Shown: in pieces, positions 57,701-64,000 of the stretch
Layout of the letters: every line of letters starts with the position of its first letter
Numbering within the stretch: the stretch's first letter is position 1
From: Strigamia acuminata
Taxonomy: Eukaryota
Assembly (NCBI GenBank): GCA_949358305.1
Contig: OX442314.1
Coordinates: forward strand, 10,726,001 to 10,790,000
DNA: 64,000 nucleotides
Direction of reading: 5' to 3'
The notes under the pieces: model-generated
What the model saw: the letters and a program-made list of their open reading frames with translations, nothing else
What the model was told of the DNA's origin: nothing
The model's database searches: none
Position numbers and translations under genes: made by a program

Positions 57701-60700
57701 AACGTTGGTAGTCAATGCATTGGCTGAGGCTATTTTGTCGTTACGCGTCGGCTTCTTGTAGTCGACGAACGTCTTGGCGGCTGGTTTCTCTGTCTGGTCG
57801 CTCACGGCTACGTGTTCTTCTCGTAACTCCAGTTCGGCTCTGAAAAACTCCAAAAACAGTTTCATATCGTGAGTGTTTTCTTTATTTTTGCGTGCAAAAT
57901 CAAGTGCAATAACGTCAGGCACCGCATTTCGTATCAATGGACACAATACAATTCCAAACGTGGTTGTATCGATTTCTTCAGTCTCGAGACTTCGAATATG
58001 CAATTCGCACGTGTCGTAGAGTCTACGCAACTCAACGAGGTCGCTAACTCGTTTTACTGGTTTAAGTTTCATCAAAGTCTGAATGTGAGCGTTCACGATG
58101 ACTTCTTTTCGCCCAAATCGATTTTGAAGTAAAGTCACTGCAGTTTCATAGTTCTCATCGCTGATTTTGAGACCATGAACAACTGTTGCTGCAGTACCTT
58201 CGAGAACTGAGTTCAAATATACGAATTTGGCTTTTGCTGTAAGTGAACCGTTGCCGTGGACACTCAACTCGAAATTGGACCAAAACTTTGACCACTCAAC
58301 AGGATTCCCGCTGAAATTCCGCATTACTAACTTTGGCAGCTTTATTGTCCCTTCGCCTGAGTTGCTCGTGGCGCTGCCGCCGATTGGAATCGCTGGGGGT
58401 ATAACTGGTGCTGGTGGCCGTAAAAGTTCTTCCAATTTGACTTCAATATCGGTAAGAGAGTCGATTATCAACTCACGGAAATCTTCGTTGTCGCTTTCTT
58501 CTTTCTCCAAATCCGCACGCGTAACAATCATCGGCGATATCTTATCGTCGAGCGCTGTCAATTGTTCACTCTTTGCTAACAACTGGTTTTTTAATCGTTT
58601 CAACGCGAGGATTTCTGGTGCAACGTTGGCTAATTCGACGAGTACCGCATTACATAACCGCTTGGCTCCTTCTCTGGACGTGGCTTGTTGAGCGCGCAAA
58701 CGATCAAGGGCGTCCATCTTGAAATTTTCGGTCAAAATTTGGCGTGGTCGGCTTTACGATGCTGTTTTCTACTTATTTCTGTCCGGATTCAACTAACTCC
58801 CGGGTTTCGGCACCATTTGAAGATTCGCAAAGTCGATTTAAATGAATTTTGAATGAAAACTAACTGTAATTACTGATTTTCTAGGTTTTGATGATGAGAG
58901 AATAAAAGGATGTCTTTTTTGGTTAAGAACAAGATTTATTGTAATTTCTGGGGGTCGCAAATACAAAATCAGGGGAACAAAGGGTGAAACAAGATAATTT
59001 ATGACACTTTTACAGCACTTCCGGTCACGCGTCATCCAATATCACTCAAAAACACCTCCTGCAGGTTGGCTTCTCTGCGCTGCGCTGTGCTTTTCCCCTG
59101 GAGTACGTGCAACCTTGCTGCTTCTAACAACGCCAGTTTTTACATTTTATACTTGTCTCTGTAATCTCTAGTTGAGGTATTTTAGTTTTAAAAGATTAAT
59201 TATCTCTGATTTTGAGTCATTTGTTGGTTCTTTATTCTTTAACTTTATGTGTGTTTGTTAAATTTTGCAAACATAAAATTTACTTCTCAGTATATTGGAT
59301 GGGCACTACTGAGTTTAGTGAAGAAGGAACAGTGTTGTCATTAATTATAAATTCAAAATTCAAAACTTTTTTGTGATTGATCGAATACTTTATTCTCAGG
59401 TTTGTTGTGATCGAATAATTTTTTCCTCAAAGGTGTCAACAAAAATATATGTAACTATTTTAAATTTTGTTCAATTCTTTTCATTTTGCCACTAAATTAT
59501 AGCATTTGGCTGGGAATTTTCAGTGAATAAAATGTTTTGTTTATAAATTACTTAGACTGCAAAACAAATGATTTTGAGTTTAAATCAGCTCATGTGGTGG
59601 CTAATCGAATACTTTTTGCAAGGGGTTGTATATTCTTCATTTTTATAGTTAAATGAAAAAAAAATCTGATTCATGGGTTTGCTAACTTGTAAGTGATTAA
59701 TTTAAAACAAAATAAAACACATTTAAAATTTAAAATTAACAAAATAAGAAAATATTATTTTTTTTTATTATTAAATTTGAGTATGGAATATATAAAAAAT
59801 ATATTAACCGATTCTTTTTTTATATTTCCGCCGATATCGGTGGAAATAGCTTAAATTTTCCGTTACATTGGCCACAATAATAATCCAGTGTGGTAGCGAA
59901 TTTGTGATGATTACAAATCAGTATTTATCAATGTTCACAATAGATGGCGCTGTTTAACAAACGCGCGCAATTCAAACTCGACGAAACTAAAAAACGTAAT
60001 AAATTATTACTTGGACACGGTGAATAAAATATAACTATTTTATTCAATATAAATTAAGTATTATTTACTTGACAATGTTGATTCTATCGAATCAATATCC
60101 ACATTACTTACCTGTCGAAGGGAACCAATCGGACCCTTCCGGACCCCAACTGGGCCCATCTGGACATAGTCATATATTAGGTCCGGACTAGTGACCCACG
60201 AATCCGCCGATTCGTACGCTGATTGGCTGTCGCCAATCTAGTAGTTCTACAGAACTATATAAGCTCCAGTTTCTCACTTCCCCCTGGCTGGATAACTGAA
60301 CTTGTATATTGTCTGTAGTTGAATTGTTATCGTTTGATTTCATTATTCTCTATTGACACATCAGGCCACCTCAGCTCTCCACAGTTAGTATTCATTACTA
60401 TTTTGTTATTGCTGTTGTAGGGCTATTTCGGGAAGGCTAACTCCGGTAATAGACATGCATTCGCATGAAATGGCCCCGTAACGTTAGCCAGCTGTTCTAC
60501 GGGACAGTAGGACTTCGTACGGTGGCTTAATATAACGGTCGTATACAGTACGACCTTGCTAAATGAAAGTAGGTCCCTCAGCTAACTGGCCACAGTCCGC
60601 TGCAAGATGGTTGTTGTAAACAGCCCACGCAGGTTCCCGTCTTTCTACGATTGGTCCTTCCGCTCGTTAAAAGTCGGTAAAAGCCTAATATGCAGGTAAC

Positions 60701-60798
60701 ACGCCGGGTTGGTAGCCCGTGAGTAATATCCGTGAAGATGTTGCGTTAAATAACTACCTGGATAATGGTAATCCAACGGCAGTGGCCGATTAATATTT

Positions 60799-61185
60799 AC
60801 CCGGTGCTCGATCAGTGGATCCCGCCATCGTAAGGCATGCTGGCGGATGGAGGAGTCAAATCCTCCCGCGATGTTTCTCTCGACCGTCGTGACGGTCCCC
60901 GCCCCATCGTACCCTCCGGGTTAGTAACCCGTGAACAGGAGTTGAACAACACTGTGTTAAATAAATTACTCGGGCATTGGTAATCCTGTATTGGCAATAT
61001 CTTTTAAACCCGGTAAGTCCATAGAAATGTTTACCTGGTGGTTAGTACCACCGATAGCGAATTAAAGCGTACAATTAAATACTCGGCGCCTGATCACGAG
61101 ATCTTGTCGTCGTAAGGCATGCTGGCGGATGGAGTCTCAACAACTCCCGCGACGTTCTCTCAATTGTCGTGACGGTCCCCGCCCA
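60799..61185 (+). other. Two copies of a candidate structured RNA motif inside the LTR (60799-60905, 61081-61185)
   Basis: Invariant TCGTAAGGCATGCTGGCGGATGGAG and GTCGTGACGGTCCCCGCCC blocks; differences fall in loops or keep pairing. Confidence 0.55.
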
Positions 61186-62769
61186 ATTATTATTTATATA
61201 ACAATTCATTTGTTATATTACTTTAATCACTTTACTTTTATTCATTTGGAACATGGAATATTCTGCCGAATATTCCGATTAATGCGAAGGACTCTTCGCA
61301 TGTTTAGATACTCGAGCTGCGGACCAAATGCGTCTCCGTAGCGCTATTTGTGACGATGCCGCAAGTCAGCCGTATCCCTTTGGCTTCGCCCGGATCCTCA
61401 ACCAGTTGATGCCGCCCGTTTACACGCGTCAAGAACCCATCTTTGTTAAACCATCAATATTTAGTAATAAATATGTTATGTCATACTAAAACTGTAAGTT
61501 ATTTCTACTCTGTCACGTATTCATATTAGTCAAGGCTTCCGTAGCTTATCTCGGTTAGGTTGTTGCTAAACTTAGCAACGTCTTGTATAAACCGAATTAT
61601 CTATCTCACGGACTAATAAATTAGCCCAAAAGTAGAATCGTCACAAGTGGAGGTTCTACCGAGATAGGCTGCCAAATTTTAAATAAAATTTGAAGTTTTG
61701 TATGTCTATGGTGAATTCGAGTAGTGTAACGTTTATGGTGATTTTTGTGTGTAAAAATAAATTTCGTTTGAAATTTATATGTGTTTAATATATTTTTATT
61801 TTAGAACAGCTTACCAAGATAATAAGTGTAACTCACTTTGTTCTTTATTCTCCGTCGTGGAAATTATACGTTTTAACAAAATAATAATTTCTACCGCGTG
61901 GTCAGGCCTAAAGGCCTAACCCCGAGAATGGGAGTCTTGCCCGAACTTGTTGAAGTTGGATCCGCCCGGGTAACGTCATTTTGTCATCGACGATCTGACA
62001 AAACCACGCGGTCGGGCCTAACTTTGAAAAGTTGACTTTTGATGGAATTCTTAAAGAATTCTATCAATTTAACAGTTGTTTTATTTTTTAGAAATGTTTT
62101 TCACATGTATTTTGCTTGAGACTTCAAGTTAAACCTAAATTTATTTGCCTAAATAAATTAGAAAGAAAATTGACATTTTTCGAAGGAATTAAAATTTATA
62201 TTTTATTTCAAATGGTTTACCTTATTTTACAAGCTTGATCTACATTAAAATGTTGGTTAAAAATCGTGATTTCAAGATCTTGGAATCGAATTTTACGAAT
62301 GGAATACCATTCAAATTTTAGCGAAGAAGAATTCCCGCTGTTGTGTTGCCTAGCAACCCGTGTTGTGCAGGAAAGCCGTCGATTCAAACGAATCGGCGCG
62401 TCTTTTGAAATTACGAGTTTTAAAACTTTAAAAAATTCCATAAAGGTGATCATTCATTTATTAATAAATGCGGTGATATTTTTAAAAAATATTTTGAAAA
62501 GTATCCATTTTGTTTGGTGACTACGTCATAACACTGGAATCTGTCAAGATTACGGTTCCACGAACTTGATGATTTCCACCAATCTCGGACGAGATTGGAC
62601 TCTCGCGAGAACTAGCGTTGATACTTGACCAATCAGAGAGGTGTATCGAAGTATCCATACTTCCTTTCGAACTAGTGTGACCACTGCTTCGTTTGCGATC
62701 CTCCTGAACGTTTGCAACTTCATCGTTATCTCTCAGACTTAGGAAATTTTCTTAGTTTTAAGTTTAGTT

Positions 62770-64000
62770 ATGACCAATAACCAGCATCACATGAACACCC
62801 GTGGTAAGGAAAGAACTTGTTTGACCGGTGGAATGAATCTATCCGGGTTTATACCTGTTCCTAATGGAACTGAAGAAGTGGAAAACCACGCGGTCCATAA
62901 TGGCGTTTCAAATGAAACAGCCGGACCATCTGGAGAGAATAGGGCTCCACGTGAACCTACTCCGCCTGGAGAAGAGGAATGCATTCCTGAAGGTTCTCAT
63001 TTAGGCCGAGGCGGTCTATTATTTTGTCAGGATCACGGTTTGAACCCAAACCAATTTAGATCTTTGACCGAAGTGTTAGATTTTGTACACGCGCCTCGTG
63101 CTACGTCGGAGCAATCCCATTCCCCAGCCAGCCAAAGATTAAATCATTTTAGTCCCACTCCTTCGACGCCTATTTCTAGATATAGAAATAAAAATGCACA
63201 ACCTCCTCGTCAAGATCAGTCGAATTTGACACCAGGAGATTTTAATCGTGCTTTCCAACAACGACTACGAGCGAATAACTTCGCTCGCAACCAACAAAGA
63301 GGATTTACAAATCCAGAGAACTTTGAGAATACGTTCAACAGAGCGAATTTGGGTCCGCCTAATATGGCCAACCCTAATCCAAGTTTTCCAAACGGATCAA
63401 ATAGTTGTCCGAATCTCGCTGGAAATTTGAACCCAAATTTAGGCGCGACAAGAGGTCCAAACCGCCGTTTTGACCCAAATTCTAGATTTGCAAACAATTC
63501 TAGTCCAGCACCTAACATGCAAAGGGGTCATCCAGTTCCTCCGAACTCGAATAACCCAAATAATCCGAACGATTTAAATAATCCTCCTACTGGAACTCCA
63601 GGAAATTCAAATAACTATTTGAATCGGGGTACGCCAGGTAATTCGAACTATCGTCCGAATTTTGGTAATCAAGAAAGTTCGCACAACCGTCCGAATTTTA
63701 ACAATCAAGGTAATTCTAATAATCATTCGAATTATGGGAACCAAGGTAATTCGAATAACCATTCGAATTTTGGTAACCACAGTAGACCAAATCAAGGAGG
63801 GTCGAATAATTTCAACCCCAACAATGGTGGCTCAAGTCAAAATAACTCGAGTCAATCAAACACTGGTGGATCGTCGAATGACCATTCGCGTCCCCCAAGC
63901 AGCTTTGGAATGACGGCTGATGACCTCGCGTCAATTGCCACAACCATGCACAAATTAATGCAGGCTGGAAAAGGTTCCGCCATTGTACCTCAAACTAACA
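62770..64000 (+). CDS. Probable gag N-terminus, at least 410 aa, N/Q/G/S/P-rich, runs off the window
   Basis: My translation from ATG 62770 (MTNNQHHMNTRGK) shows no stop to 64000; absent from the ORF track because it is unterminated; first long ORF after the PBS. Confidence 0.75.
   Translation, partial: MTNNQHHMNTRGKERTCLTGGMNLSGFIPVPNGTEEVENHAVHNGVSNETAGPSGENRAPREPTPPGEEECIPEGSHLGRGGLLFCQDHGLNPNQFRSLTEVLDFVHAPRATSEQSHSPASQRLNHFSPTPSTPISRYRNKNAQPPRQDQSNLTPGDFNRAFQQRLRANNFARNQQRGFTNPENFENTFNRANLGPPNMANPNPSFPNGSNSCPNLAGNLNPNLGATRGPNRRFDPNSRFANNSSPAPNMQRGHPVPPNSNNPNNPNDLNNPPTGTPGNSNNYLNRGTPGNSNYRPNFGNQESSHNRPNFNNQGNSNNHSNYGNQGNSNNHSNFGNHSRPNQGGSNNFNPNNGGSSQNNSSQSNTGGSSNDHSRPPSSFGMTADDLASIATTMHKLMQAGKGSAIVPQTN

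Larger units (their letters stand above)
52292..58717 (-). pseudogene. BEL/Pao gag-pol polyprotein, 1732 aa reconstructed
   Basis: KLPKL..FSGNPVEW gag, three Cys/His knuckles, FDGGS protease, YDAS/FGASPSP/YVDD RT, FCDAS/PRLELMG/WTDS RNase H, VDFAGP/SDNA/GGFWERMV integrase. Broken by TAG at 55889-55891 (expected W of KVLGLKW) and by the MITE at 53556-54780. Confidence 0.93.
51970..59144 (-). mobile_element. BEL/Pao LTR retrotransposon, full length, disrupted
   Basis: 327-bp LTRs 51970-52296 and 58818-59144 (one mismatch seen); TTTTA TSD; PBS TGGTGCCGAAACCCGGGA (tRNA-Phe) at 58798-58815. Confidence 0.95.
59903..64000 (+). mobile_element. 5' part of an LTR retrotransposon (probably Gypsy-like): LTR 59903-61645, PBS 61648-61665
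   Basis: TGTGATGATT ... AATCGTCACA termini; PBS TGGAGGTTCTACCGAGAT (tRNA-Gln-like); interrupts spacer GGTAGCGAATTT|CAAG seen intact at 34622 and 44448. Superfamily not provable without pol. Confidence 0.85.

Noticed and set aside
58798..58815. tRNA gene
   Set aside because: Only the 18-nt 3' end with CCA is present next to an LTR; it is a primer-binding site (same for 61648-61665).
60689..60746. Twister-ribozyme-like segment (TAACACG...AGCCCG...CGTGAAG)
   Set aside because: The loop cannot form the T1 pseudoknot and the catalytic GAG position reads AAG.

Overview
AT-rich animal (invertebrate-like) nuclear DNA with GT-AG introns and many transposons. The core (about 11.6-52 kb) is a rapidly turning-over tandem cluster of one intronless gene family I cannot name: 7 intact ORFs of about 670-720 aa, one frameshifted copy and at least 5 fragments. 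Each protein starts with a motif pair resembling an Elongin BC-box (LPSLKHI[ST]L) and a Cullin-box ([FA]xIPN[EQ]LKxxL). Copies left of centre are on +, copies right of centre on -, and they converge on a 2-exon MPEG1/perforin-2-like gene (signal peptide, MACPF, Cys-rich P2, no TM anchor, one apparent frameshift). The 3' end of that gene was co-duplicated five times between the family copies. Mobile DNA includes a young BEL/Pao LTR element (327-bp LTRs, tRNA-Phe PBS) carrying a Tc1-like MITE that itself carries a piggyBac-like MITE; the start of a second LTR element (1.74-kb LTR with duplicated structured-RNA-like motifs, tRNA-Gln PBS, N/Q/G/S-rich ORF); a Ulp1-PHD transposon fragment; hAT, PIF and Helitron-like MITEs; a solo LTR; and a 2.2-kb 21-bp satellite. 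All calls are by eye; no searches were run.
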